Below are positions 19,549 through 29,617 of a DNA stretch of 64,000 bases, one piece after another; positions within the stretch are counted from its first letter, which is position 1; every line of letters begins with the position of its first letter. The translations under genes were made by a program, and so were the position numbers. Below the pieces are notes generated by a model, which did not search any database, was not told where the DNA came from, and saw only the letters and a list, made by a program, of their open reading frames with translations. The stretch comes from a bacterium (GTDB lineage: Bacteria > SAR324 > NAC60-12), in the NCBI GenBank assembly GCA_965209155.1, contig OZ242383.1:3616001-3680000 (forward strand), in the 5' to 3' direction.

Positions 19549-20433
19549 ATGATTACAGACGAAGAACGCTATCCTAAAAAACAAGCAAAGATTTTTGGTT
19601 CCCGCATGAGTTACGTGGAGGAGGGAAGCGGGGATCCCATAGTTTTCCTGCATGGCAATCCGACTTCATCCTATCTCTGGCGTAACATCATTCCATTCGC
19701 CCTTGATTTTGGACGCTGCATTGCGCCGGACCTGGCAGGCATGGGCGATTCGGAAAAACTGTCAAACAGCGGACCGGATTCATATACGTTTTCTGAGCAC
19801 CGTCGCTATCTTGATGCCTTGCTCGCGTACCTGGAAGTTAAGGAGAACGTGACCTTCGTTGTCCACGATTGGGGCTCTGCCCTCGGTTTTGACTGGTCCA
19901 ATCGCCATCGTGACCAGGTGAAGGGGCTGGTTTATATGGAAGCGCTCGTCTGCCCCCTTGAATGGGATGACTGGCCGGAAGTGGCCCGTAACGTATTCCG
20001 GGGATTTCGCTCTCCGGGAGGGGAGAGTATGATTTTAGAAAAAAATATATTTGTGGAAAGACTGCTCCCCCATTCGGTGATCCGTGAACTGACGGAAGCG
20101 GAAATGGCGGTCTACCGTCGTCCTTATTTGCAAACAGGAGAAAGTCGTCGCCCCACTTTGACCTGGCCTCGTCAAATTCCCATTGCGAATGAACCGGAAG
20201 ACGTGGCTGTCGTTGTCACGGACTTTGGCCAATGGTTGTCTTCCTCCCTGCTTCCAAAACTATTCGTCAATGCGCACCCCGGGATGATCCTGCTCGGTCG
20301 GCAACGTGAATTTTGTCGCCTTTGGCCGAATCAAGAAGAAGTCACGGTGAAAGGCTTGCACTTCATACAAGAAGACTCTCCGGTTGAAATCGGTAAGGCC
20401 CTGGCTGCCTTTCTGAAAAAAATCCGTACATGA
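19549..20433 (+). CDS. dhaA: Haloalkane dehalogenase
   Basis: FLHGNPTSSYLWRN, HDWGSALGF nucleophile, TLTWPRQIP, GLHFIQEDSP. Confidence 0.9.
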   Translation: MITDEERYPKKQAKIFGSRMSYVEEGSGDPIVFLHGNPTSSYLWRNIIPFALDFGRCIAPDLAGMGDSEKLSNSGPDSYTFSEHRRYLDALLAYLEVKENVTFVVHDWGSALGFDWSNRHRDQVKGLVYMEALVCPLEWDDWPEVARNVFRGFRSPGGESMILEKNIFVERLLPHSVIRELTEAEMAVYRRPYLQTGESRRPTLTWPRQIPIANEPEDVAVVVTDFGQWLSSSLLPKLFVNAHPGMILLGRQREFCRLWPNQEEVTVKGLHFIQEDSPVEIGKALAAFLKKIRT

Positions 20434-20613
20434 ACCATTCGCTCAGACGGTTCCTTTTTCATGGGATCGCTCCTGATTCCAAGGCATCGGGCCTTTCCTG
20501 GCGCAATCGAGTATTGAATTGACTTTTTTACAGGAAGGGGTCAAATATTCTGACCTTTTCAGGAAAAAGACATTTTCAATACTTGCCCCTCTTTCTGAAA
20601 AATTGGAATTGGC

Positions 20614-21378
20614 ATGAGAACGCTGCTTTCCTTCCTCATCTTCCTCATCGGCCCTTGCGCAATAGCGCAGCAATCGTCCCACAAAATCGGAACTGCCGGG
20701 GATGAATTCACTTTCATCCGCATTCAATATGACAATTTCGGTACCTGGGGCGATGAGTATTCATGGGGGGGTTGGTCCAGTTGGTCGGTTGATTATCCGG
20801 ATGCCGATTACAATTTTCTGCGAGGAGTGACCCGACTGACCAATATCCATATCAATGCCGACCCGGAGGTCTTGCGTTTGGACGATGAGCGGATTTTTGA
20901 ATATCCCTTTCTCTATATGTTGGAAATGGGACGTGGAAAAGGGCCGGATTTCAACGAAAAAGAAATCAGTAACCTGCGCGAATATCTCCTGCGAGGAGGC
21001 TTCCTTTTCATCGACGATTTTTGGGGAACCCTGGAATGGGACTACTTTTACAACGCATTTTCCAAAGTTTTTCCAGACCGTCCGGTGGTGGAACTTGATA
21101 AAACTCATCCCATTTTCCATTGTTTCTATGATATCGACGGCCCCCAAATGATTCCCTCAATCGTTAACAGCTTCTACAATTATCCGGAACAGGACGTAGC
21201 CGAAGCCATCAATCGAGCAATTCTTGACGACGAAGGGAGAGTGATGGTGTTGATCAATTGGAATTCCGACATAGGCGATGGTTGGGAACATACCTATCAT
21301 CCGGACTATCCAACCAAATACGCCAACCTGGCATACCAATTGGGAATCAATTATTTGATTTATGCCATGACCCATTGA
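20614..21378 (+). CDS. DUF4159-domain exported protein
   Basis: Signal peptide, FTFIRIQY, W.VDYPDAD, YPFLY, LREYLLRGGFLFIDDFWG, DIGDGWE, GINYLIYAMTH. Confidence 0.85.
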   Translation: MRTLLSFLIFLIGPCAIAQQSSHKIGTAGDEFTFIRIQYDNFGTWGDEYSWGGWSSWSVDYPDADYNFLRGVTRLTNIHINADPEVLRLDDERIFEYPFLYMLEMGRGKGPDFNEKEISNLREYLLRGGFLFIDDFWGTLEWDYFYNAFSKVFPDRPVVELDKTHPIFHCFYDIDGPQMIPSIVNSFYNYPEQDVAEAINRAILDDEGRVMVLINWNSDIGDGWEHTYHPDYPTKYANLAYQLGINYLIYAMTH

Positions 21379-21418
21379 TACTTAACCCAAGTTCAAGATG
21401 ATTCTTCAAGAATATGAA

Positions 21419-21660
21419 CGTGAATCAGGAGTATAAAACGTGTCATTCCTTGTTTGACCAGGATTCCGGGGAGATCCGGGAGCAGCATGACACATTGTAA
21501 TTATTGAAATAACGTGAATCAGGAGTATAAAACGTGTCATTCCTTGTTTGACCAGGAATCCAGGGGGGCGATATTTTGGATGCCTGATCAAGCCCGGGAG
21601 GGATCCGGTTTTGTTTCTGGTAGTCTAATCCTGGATTCTTGCTTCCGCAGGAATGACAAG
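21419..21660. repeat. REP-like palindrome cluster
   Basis: Two GTGAATCAGGAGTATAAAACGTGTCATTCCTTGTTTGACCAGGA units plus inverted partners ending ATGACA. Confidence 0.8.
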
Positions 21661-21754
21661 GATTTTCAAAGAAATGAGGAGGGATAGTGGGACACGATGA
21701 ATCAACCAACATCGTTAGATACGCTGCTCACTACCTGGGCATTGGGGGGGAGCC

Positions 21755-22810
21755 ATGATCGATTCAAAATCAGGGTGGGAAGCGCCTTCTGACAAGTCAG
21801 CAAACCAACATAGCGCGGACCTGACCCTGGTATCCCGCATGAAGGAAGGACGGGAAATGATGATCCGGGAGTTGAAAAAGGTCATCGTGGGACAGGACGA
21901 CGTGATCGAAGAAGTACTCATTGCATTGTTCACAGGAGGGCATTGTTTGATAACCGGCGTTCCCGGACTTGCCAAAACCCTTCTCATCAAAACCATCGCG
22001 GATATCCTGAAACTTCGATTCAGTCGCATTCAATTCACTCCCGACTTGATGCCTTCAGACGTGGTAGGAACCGAAGTGGTGGAAGAAGACCGTGCCACAG
22101 GACGTCGAACTTTAAAGTTTGTGAAGGGGCCCATTTTTGCCAATATTTTGCTTGCCGATGAAATCAATCGAACGCCTCCCAAAACCCAATCGGCCTTATT
22201 GGAAGCGATGGAGGAAAAGCAAGTTACTGCTGCAGGTACCACTTATCGGATGGACGAGCCTTTTTTTGTCTTGGCCACGCAAAACCCGATTGAATTGGAA
22301 GGCACTTATCCTTTACCCGAGGCTCAATTGGACCGCTTCATGTTCAAGATCTTAATCGATTACTTACCCGAGAAGGATGAAATCGAGGTGGTGAAGAGTA
22401 CGACTCGAATCTTCGATACCTCCGTAGACAATCTTCTCAGCGGGCAGGACATTCTTGAATTTCAAAACATCGTCCGGCTGGTTCCGGCAGAAGGGGCAGT
22501 CACGCAATACGCAGTACGGCTGGTTCGAAGCAGTCGACCCTCGACTCCCAATGCTCCTGAATTCGTCAAAGATTGGGTAAGTTGGGGTGCCGGACTCCGC
22601 GCATCTCAATTTTTGATCTTGGGAGGAAAAGTAAGAGCATTGCTTCAGGGTCGTTACAACGTCTCATTCAATGACATCCGCGCGCTCGCTCATCCCGTCA
22701 TGCGGCATCGCATTCTACTTAATTTTCATGCCGAAGCAGAGCGCATCGACACCACGCAGGTGATCAACAAACTGCTGGAAGTGGTTCCCGAACCAAGTTC
22801 CGGCCTCTGA
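21755..22810 (+). CDS. moxR: MoxR-proper AAA+ ATPase
   Basis: GVPGLAKT, RIQFTPDLMPSD, LADEINRTPPKTQSALLEAM, TQNPIELEGTYPLPEAQLDRF. Confidence 0.93.
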   Translation: MIDSKSGWEAPSDKSANQHSADLTLVSRMKEGREMMIRELKKVIVGQDDVIEEVLIALFTGGHCLITGVPGLAKTLLIKTIADILKLRFSRIQFTPDLMPSDVVGTEVVEEDRATGRRTLKFVKGPIFANILLADEINRTPPKTQSALLEAMEEKQVTAAGTTYRMDEPFFVLATQNPIELEGTYPLPEAQLDRFMFKILIDYLPEKDEIEVVKSTTRIFDTSVDNLLSGQDILEFQNIVRLVPAEGAVTQYAVRLVRSSRPSTPNAPEFVKDWVSWGAGLRASQFLILGGKVRALLQGRYNVSFNDIRALAHPVMRHRILLNFHAEAERIDTTQVINKLLEVVPEPSSGL

Positions 22811-22823
22811 CAATAAGCAGCGC

Positions 22824-23732
22824 ATGGTTGACGAACTTCGTTTTCTGCAACCTTCGGTTTTGGCCAGTATTTCCAATATGGAACTGCGCGCTAAAACGGT
22901 GGTAGAAGGTTTCCTCAATGGATTGCACAAAAGCCCGACCCGGGGGTTCAGCGTGGATTTTACCGACTATCGCCATTATAATTCCGGTGATGACATCCGG
23001 CGTATCGATTGGAAATTATACGCCCGGTCCGACAAATATTATGTTAAGCAATTCGAAGACGAAACAAACGTCCGCTGTCACATTCTCCTGGATTGCAGCG
23101 CTTCGATGGGATACCAATCCGCAGCATTGAGCAAACTCGAGTATGCGCGAACCTTAGCCTCCGCCTTGGCTTATTTCATGATGAACCAAAAAGATGCAGT
23201 GGGTTTGATCACCTTCGATGAGAAAATTCGCGAGCATTTGCCCTCCCGCTATCGTCGGGGACATTTGATGCGAATCTTGAGAACCCTGGCCCGGGTACAA
23301 CCAGGGAACCGAACGAATTTCATGAAGCCGGTTATCGACCTGGCCATCAGTCTGAACCGGAAGAGCCTGATTATCCTGATCAGTGACCTGCTCGACGATC
23401 AACCCACCGACGCGGAAGAATCGGTGGTGAAGGCAATACGGAAGCTTCGTTTCAAAGGCAACGACGTTATCGTCTTTCATGTCATGGATGATGCGGAATT
23501 GAACTTTCCCTTCGAGCAGATTTCCGAATTCGAAGACCTGGAAAGTCTGGAAACGATAACGACCGTACCCTCGGCAATCAGGGAATCCTACCTGCAAGAG
23601 CTCAATAATTTTTGCAGCTCGTGCCGGAAGCAATGCTGGAATGGCGGGATCGACTATCACCTTTTAAATACCTCGGAACCAATGGATAGCGCTTTGTCTT
23701 CTTACCTGATGAGGCGTGCTAAAAGTTTTTAA
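22824..23732 (+). CDS. DUF58 domain protein
   Basis: GLHKS..RGFSVDF.DYRHY..GDDIRRIDWK.YAR, LDCSASM, ISDLL. Confidence 0.92.
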   Translation: MVDELRFLQPSVLASISNMELRAKTVVEGFLNGLHKSPTRGFSVDFTDYRHYNSGDDIRRIDWKLYARSDKYYVKQFEDETNVRCHILLDCSASMGYQSAALSKLEYARTLASALAYFMMNQKDAVGLITFDEKIREHLPSRYRRGHLMRILRTLARVQPGNRTNFMKPVIDLAISLNRKSLIILISDLLDDQPTDAEESVVKAIRKLRFKGNDVIVFHVMDDAELNFPFEQISEFEDLESLETITTVPSAIRESYLQELNNFCSSCRKQCWNGGIDYHLLNTSEPMDSALSSYLMRRAKSF

Positions 23733-23751
23733 TCGCATCGGGGGAATTCGC

Positions 23752-25914
23752 ATGTCTTTTCTCACTCCCTGGTTTCTGCTGGCAAGCGCAGGTATTCTCA
23801 TTCCCATCGCCATTCATATGATCCGCAGAAAAAAAGCCATCAAAGTGGCTTTTACCACCCTTCGTTTCCTGAGGACGACATCGAAAAAAATGGTTTATTT
23901 TCAGCAGGTCCGCCAATGGTTGCTTTTGCTCATCCGAACGCTGATATTTCTACTCTTGGCTCTCGCCTTTGCCCGTCCATTCCTGGGAGCATTTTCGCAA
24001 ATCAAAGGGTTGTCTCCTCAATCTGCCGTGATCCTCCTGGACACTTCCATGAGCATGCGCTATGGCGATCATTTTCCCCGGGCGAAGTCGGAAGTTGCCG
24101 GAATTTTGCGGTCTTTTCAACCCGGGGATGAAGCGGCCCTGATAACTTTTTCAGAAAAAACCGGCAAGCTCAAAGGATTGACCGCAGACCTGGAAGAACT
24201 GAGAGCTTTCCTCTCTGGCCTGGACAGCCCCGATTACCAGGGAACTCGATATCTGCCGGCACTGAAGCTTGCGGACCAGCTCCTGCGGTCGGCTCGTTAC
24301 CCGGATCGCGTCGTCTATCTCGTTTCGGATTTCCAAAAACGGGCATTCGATCGTTTGGACCACGCGTGGCGATTCAGTCCGGGAATTATTTTGAAATCTA
24401 TAAAAATTGGAGAGGAAAACACTTCAAACCTTGCAGTCAGCGATGTTAAATCTCCCAACCTGTTGGAGTCGCATGGAAAAGCGCTTTCCATTCTGGCAAG
24501 AATTCGAAGTCTTGGCAGCCAACATCTCTCGCAAGCAAAAGTATCCTTGATGATGGAGCGGGCGAACGGACAACTGCAAAAGGTAAAAACCCAAGCTGTG
24601 GACCTGGTCTATCAATCGGAAGCGGTGGTGACGTTTCAAACCAGAATCGACAGGGGAAGCGAGAGTGATGGACCCACCATGCAACGATTCGCTCAGCGTG
24701 GGGCAGTGGTGATCGAAGATGATCACTTGCAACCCGACAACATCTTTCGTTTCACCATGCCCCTCCCTTCGCCCATTCGGATATTGGCAGTGAACGGGGA
24801 ATCCGACCAGGATTGGTATGACGATGAAAGTCATTGGTTTCGCCTGGCATTAGGAGATTCAAGGGATCATCGTGGGGGGGGTAGTGGGAGCGAACCCAAT
24901 TCACCGGAAATCCAACCAGACGAACCGTCATATTTTCTATTGGACGTGGTCGAGCCCCACCAGCTCGACCTGCAATCTCCGCACTCTTACCATGTCGTGG
25001 TCCTGCTGAACGTCGGGCAACTCGCTCAAAAGAATTTGAACTCCATTCATTCATACGTCTCGCGGGGAGGCAACCTGCTGATTGCTCTTGGAGACCAAGT
25101 AGACGCCAAAGGATTCAATCGCAGTTTTTCAAAAATTACCCCGCTCGTTTTGGAAGGAAAACGGATCCTCGACCTTGATTACCGGGTAATCACCGATTTC
25201 GATTCCCGGCATCCTTTGTTTCAGACTTTGCAAAGAAATACGGAGATTGACTTTGGAACTGCCCGGTTTAAAGGTTACTGGTCGGGGACTGCTAAGGAAG
25301 GGAGTCAAATCCTTATGCAATTCGATAATGGGGCTCCGGCGCTTGTGGAGGAAAATTTCGGCAATGGCCGCGTATTGCTACTGACCAGTTCATTCGATAC
25401 GGAATGGAGTAACCTCCCTTTGCAAGTATGGTTTCTTCCCTGGTTGCACGAATCGTTGCGCTATTTATCTCGACTTGAAGAAAAAAAACGAGCTTATCGC
25501 GTCGATGAACCGGTTCCCATTCATTTACCACCACGGACGCTGATACACGTCGTCTCACCTCAGGATCATAGAACCGAACTGGTCGCTCAACCACAATCGG
25601 CCGAAACTGGTGAACGCCAGTTCTACAGACAAACCGGGACTCCGGGGTTTTACCAGGTCCGCAGCAACGATTTTCAGGATTTCTTTGCCGTCAATCCTGA
25701 CCCCGAAGAATCGGATTTGACGACAATCGACCCCCGTACGCTTCGCAACCTGGTGGTCAATCCGGAAAGTGAAACGCAAACTTTGGAGAAAACGCAGGTC
25801 TCCTTTCACAACCTCCAGGAGGAAAAATCCCAACGCTTCTGGTGGTGGCTCCTTCTTTTAGTCGTACTTCTGGCAATAGGGGAAACGTTGCTGGCAAATC
25901 GGACGTTCCGGTAG
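23752..25914 (+). CDS. BatA N-terminal double-TM + VWA domain protein
   Basis: MSFLTPWFL..IPIAIHM, LLLLIR..LALAFARP, LDTSMSM MIDAS, VSDFQ, C-terminal TM ..W.LL..ETLL. Confidence 0.85.
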   Translation: MSFLTPWFLLASAGILIPIAIHMIRRKKAIKVAFTTLRFLRTTSKKMVYFQQVRQWLLLLIRTLIFLLLALAFARPFLGAFSQIKGLSPQSAVILLDTSMSMRYGDHFPRAKSEVAGILRSFQPGDEAALITFSEKTGKLKGLTADLEELRAFLSGLDSPDYQGTRYLPALKLADQLLRSARYPDRVVYLVSDFQKRAFDRLDHAWRFSPGIILKSIKIGEENTSNLAVSDVKSPNLLESHGKALSILARIRSLGSQHLSQAKVSLMMERANGQLQKVKTQAVDLVYQSEAVVTFQTRIDRGSESDGPTMQRFAQRGAVVIEDDHLQPDNIFRFTMPLPSPIRILAVNGESDQDWYDDESHWFRLALGDSRDHRGGGSGSEPNSPEIQPDEPSYFLLDVVEPHQLDLQSPHSYHVVVLLNVGQLAQKNLNSIHSYVSRGGNLLIALGDQVDAKGFNRSFSKITPLVLEGKRILDLDYRVITDFDSRHPLFQTLQRNTEIDFGTARFKGYWSGTAKEGSQILMQFDNGAPALVEENFGNGRVLLLTSSFDTEWSNLPLQVWFLPWLHESLRYLSRLEEKKRAYRVDEPVPIHLPPRTLIHVVSPQDHRTELVAQPQSAETGERQFYRQTGTPGFYQVRSNDFQDFFAVNPDPEESDLTTIDPRTLRNLVVNPESETQTLEKTQVSFHNLQEEKSQRFWWWLLLLVVLLAIGETLLANRTFR

Positions 25915-25933
25915 AAAATCAAGTGGGGTGTAT

Positions 25934-28900
25934 ATGTCCTTATCCGCAATTGAAAATTTACGCGTAAAAATCAAAAACGTGCGACAACGCCGCAAGCGAG
26001 TATTTCTCCTGTGGCAATACAGTCTGATAATGACGGGAGCGGCAACCTTTTTTCTCATTTTCGGTTGGTTGGAGATGTCGTTTCATTTTTCCCGGCAAGG
26101 ACTCATTTTCTTATTTTTCCTCTGGATTCTGGGTTTGGTTTCCACGATCGCCTGGAATATTGTAATGGTGCGTCGCTGGGACAGCGACCGGCAGCGCCTT
26201 GCTCAATACGTGGAAGACCGGCTCCCGGACCTGGAGCAGAGACTTCTCACATCCATCGAGCTCGACCAGGGCGCGCATCCGCAAAAAAGTGACAGTGGAT
26301 TTCAACCAGGTCACCCGGCGAGTCGAAGTGGCGTCTCTGCTCAATTGGTCACGCGACTCTGGGAAGATGCGCTTGCCCACGTCCAGCATCGAAAAATCGA
26401 AGACATTGCGTCATTCCGTAAAGCATGGCCGGTATTGGGCACCGCCTGCGTAATATCGTTTTTCTGGATAATCATGCTTTTCACTTCGGTTGATTTTTTT
26501 CATGCCAGCGCCCGCATTCTCTGGCCCTGGCATCCTGCAGGGATGGAAAAATCGACCGCCGTTCTGAAAGTGACGCCTGGTGACCTGCGCATGCAAAAGG
26601 GGAACGACCTCACGATCGTAGCGACGGTGGAGAATTTTATTCCACAGCAGGTCGATCTTCACCTGCAATCCAATCGTATGAGCTGGGATTCCACACCAAT
26701 GCGCCCTGAAGACGGTGAGCAGACCTTCATTTATTTTCTCTCATCGCTGCAAGAAGATTTCAGTTATTTTGTCGATATCGGTGAAAAACGCTCTCGTCAG
26801 TATGAAATCTCCGTATTCGAAATGCCGCGTTTGGAAAAGCTCACAGTGGATTATGATTATCCGGATTACACGGGAATGCCGTCCAGTATGGGTAAAACGG
26901 AAGGTGATGTCATCGCTCCACGAGGGACCCGGATCACGCTGTATGCGACTTTCAACAAACCGCTCAGCAGGGCCACTCTTCAATTCAACGATGGCACGAT
27001 GGTAGAACTGACTTCCATGGAAAATTCCACACCAGCAGTCCAGCCTGGCAATTTGAGCCGCCGTGGTAGTTTTACCGTCGATAAAGACGCGACTTATACC
27101 ATCAAGGTGCTGGATCAGGAAAACCTGGAAAACGTCAACCCCCAAGAATACTTCGTCCAGGCAATTCCCGACACCCCCCCTCGATTGACATTGCTCCATC
27201 CTGGAAAAGACCGGAAAGTTACCTCCCTGGAGGAAGTTTTCCTGCGAGCATCAGCATCGGATGATTATGGTCTGAATAATTTTTCCCTTCATTACAGTAT
27301 TGCCGGAAGAGAGGAGCGGAAAGTCTCCTTATTAACGGAACCCCAACAAAAACTCGATCTCAGCATAGAGGGCGAAACACTGATCTACTTGGAGGATCTG
27401 CTGGTAAAACCCGGGGATTTTGTCTCATATTTTTTATCTGCCGCAGACAACAATGGTCTGGATGGTTCCCATGAAGTGTTCTCTGATATTTATTTTCTCG
27501 AAGTGATTTCCACCGAGGAAGAATTTCGCCGGGCCGCGCCTGGTCCGCGTGGTGGCACTATGGGAGCCGAGGGCATGCAAGGAAGCCAGCAGGAATCCAG
27601 CGCCCTTGCGGAAAATCAAAAGAAAATCATTGCGGCAACCTGGAAATTATGGCAACGACAAAAAACTGCCGAGACCAATAAAATTGCGGAAGACACGCAA
27701 GTGGTGACCGATTCTCAATCCGAAGTGCTTCAACGCGCGCGTATGTCCTTACGTCGATTGAGAGAACGATTTTCATTCTCTGATGAATCCTACGACAGCG
27801 CCGTCATCCATATGGAAGAGGCAGTCGAACAAATGCAGTCGTCCTGGGAAAAACTGGATGCCCGCAAGTTGAAAGAAGCTTTGGTACCGCAGCAAATTGC
27901 TTTACAAGCTATTTTAAAAGCAGACGCGCTCAGTAAAAGAACCCGGATCGAGACCACTCGTAATCGCGGGCAGGGAGAAGGCAGTCGCCAACAACAAGAA
28001 CGGGATGATCTCAGGGAATTGTTTGAAATGGAAATGGGGCGTTTGGAGAATCGCTATGAGATGCCGGGACAAAACAGCGTGGCCCCTCAACAGGCTGGTC
28101 TGACAGGAGACATATTGGAACGGTTGCGAGAGTTGGCCCAGCGACAAGAACAGGTTCACCAGCGGCAAAACGACTTGCTTCGCCGTCAAAATCAAATCAC
28201 CGGAAATGAAATGAAACGTCACCTGGAAGAACTGAGGCGTGAACAGGAATCGTTACTACGCCAAACGGAAGAGCTTTCCCGGAGCGCCTCCCGGTTCACT
28301 CAACAGGGAATAGGAGGTAGACGTACCAATCGCGAGAATACCAATCGTATGCAACAACTCGACCTGGCATCCCGGCAAATGCGGGAAGCTGCCCGCAGTC
28401 TCATGCGTGAAGAGCCCGAAACCGCAGCCCGGCAAAGTCGCCAGGCCTTGGAGAAATTGCGTGAACAGGAAGAAACCATGCAAAATATGCAAAACAGGGA
28501 TTCCATGTCCAACCTGCTGGACGCCCTCAATCGGAAAGCATGGCAATTGCGAGAACAGGAAGATCAAATTCAAAAGGACCTGCAGCAAGCTCTTCGGGAA
28601 AACACCGAGGACTCGCAGGAAGAGTCCCTTGTTTCTGCAGAAAAGGGTGCATCGACGCAGGATGAATCTCAATCGTTCGTACAAGATGTCTTAAGTGGTA
28701 AAAAAGAGTTGGAGAAGGATATACGTGAAACCGAAAAGCTTCTACGCACGGTGCTGGCGCGGGGGAATGAAAAGCATCCCCAGGTTGCTTCCCGGGCGCT
28801 TGATGCATTGCGGACGCTTCAACGAGAACGATTGATCGATCGTATCGAGTATTCTCGATTTCTACTGGAAAATGGGAGGCTTGATGAATCTGAAATAATG

Positions 28901-29617
28901 GAACCGGATATTGCCCAATCGATTGAATATCTCAGCACCAGATTCCAACAAGTGGCAGGAAGGGAAACTCTGACGCGGGAAGAACAAATCCGACAAGCAG
29001 CCTCCGACGTTGGCAGGTTACGAGACGAATTGGAAAATCTACGTCAACAAGTGGAGAACCTGCTCCAACGCGATGCCACTTCAGGTGAAAATCGTCCACC
29101 ACGATCCGGGCAGAGCGACCCGGAAGCTGAGCTTGCTCAGCAAGAACAAAGCGGGAATCAAGGACAACGAGGACAAAATCAGTCAATGCGGGTTGGAAAC
29201 GGTGAATTGGGTCGAAGGGGAGAGCGGGATGCCAGCATCAGCCAAATGCGAGAAAACCTGCAGCGTGCTCAATACTATGCTCGTGGTTTAATTGAACCCT
29301 GGACCCGGACAGAGAGCTGGGCTGTGGATGCTCGTTCCATCCAGCGGGAACTGACCCGGAAAGAAATCGAGGATTTCTTCACGCAACGCGACCTCTGGAA
29401 ACAACTCCTGGAACCCATCCGGGAACTCGAATCTCACTTGCAAGCTCTGGTAGAAATCGGTCAACTTAAAAATCGACTTTATTCGGTAGAAGAGGAGGAA
29501 ATACCCGCAATTTATGAAAACCTGGTTGAAGAATATTATCGCACCCTCTCGCAACCTCTTGAAGGAAGGATCAAAGTTTCCACCCAATCGATTGAAAACA
29601 GGAGTGGGAGCAGGTGA
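25934..29617 (+). CDS. Large membrane-anchored Ig-like/coiled-coil protein (DUF4175-like)
   Basis: N-terminal TMs, YDYPDYTG, ASDDYGL, PGDFVSYF..ADN, long Q/E-rich coiled coil, IP..Y..LVEEYYR.L. Confidence 0.7.
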   Translation: MSLSAIENLRVKIKNVRQRRKRVFLLWQYSLIMTGAATFFLIFGWLEMSFHFSRQGLIFLFFLWILGLVSTIAWNIVMVRRWDSDRQRLAQYVEDRLPDLEQRLLTSIELDQGAHPQKSDSGFQPGHPASRSGVSAQLVTRLWEDALAHVQHRKIEDIASFRKAWPVLGTACVISFFWIIMLFTSVDFFHASARILWPWHPAGMEKSTAVLKVTPGDLRMQKGNDLTIVATVENFIPQQVDLHLQSNRMSWDSTPMRPEDGEQTFIYFLSSLQEDFSYFVDIGEKRSRQYEISVFEMPRLEKLTVDYDYPDYTGMPSSMGKTEGDVIAPRGTRITLYATFNKPLSRATLQFNDGTMVELTSMENSTPAVQPGNLSRRGSFTVDKDATYTIKVLDQENLENVNPQEYFVQAIPDTPPRLTLLHPGKDRKVTSLEEVFLRASASDDYGLNNFSLHYSIAGREERKVSLLTEPQQKLDLSIEGETLIYLEDLLVKPGDFVSYFLSAADNNGLDGSHEVFSDIYFLEVISTEEEFRRAAPGPRGGTMGAEGMQGSQQESSALAENQKKIIAATWKLWQRQKTAETNKIAEDTQVVTDSQSEVLQRARMSLRRLRERFSFSDESYDSAVIHMEEAVEQMQSSWEKLDARKLKEALVPQQIALQAILKADALSKRTRIETTRNRGQGEGSRQQQERDDLRELFEMEMGRLENRYEMPGQNSVAPQQAGLTGDILERLRELAQRQEQVHQRQNDLLRRQNQITGNEMKRHLEELRREQESLLRQTEELSRSASRFTQQGIGGRRTNRENTNRMQQLDLASRQMREAARSLMREEPETAARQSRQALEKLREQEETMQNMQNRDSMSNLLDALNRKAWQLREQEDQIQKDLQQALRENTEDSQEESLVSAEKGASTQDESQSFVQDVLSGKKELEKDIRETEKLLRTVLARGNEKHPQVASRALDALRTLQRERLIDRIEYSRFLLENGRLDESEIMEPDIAQSIEYLSTRFQQVAGRETLTREEQIRQAASDVGRLRDELENLRQQVENLLQRDATSGENRPPRSGQSDPEAELAQQEQSGNQGQRGQNQSMRVGNGELGRRGERDASISQMRENLQRAQYYARGLIEPWTRTESWAVDARSIQRELTRKEIEDFFTQRDLWKQLLEPIRELESHLQALVEIGQLKNRLYSVEEEEIPAIYENLVEEYYRTLSQPLEGRIKVSTQSIENRSGSR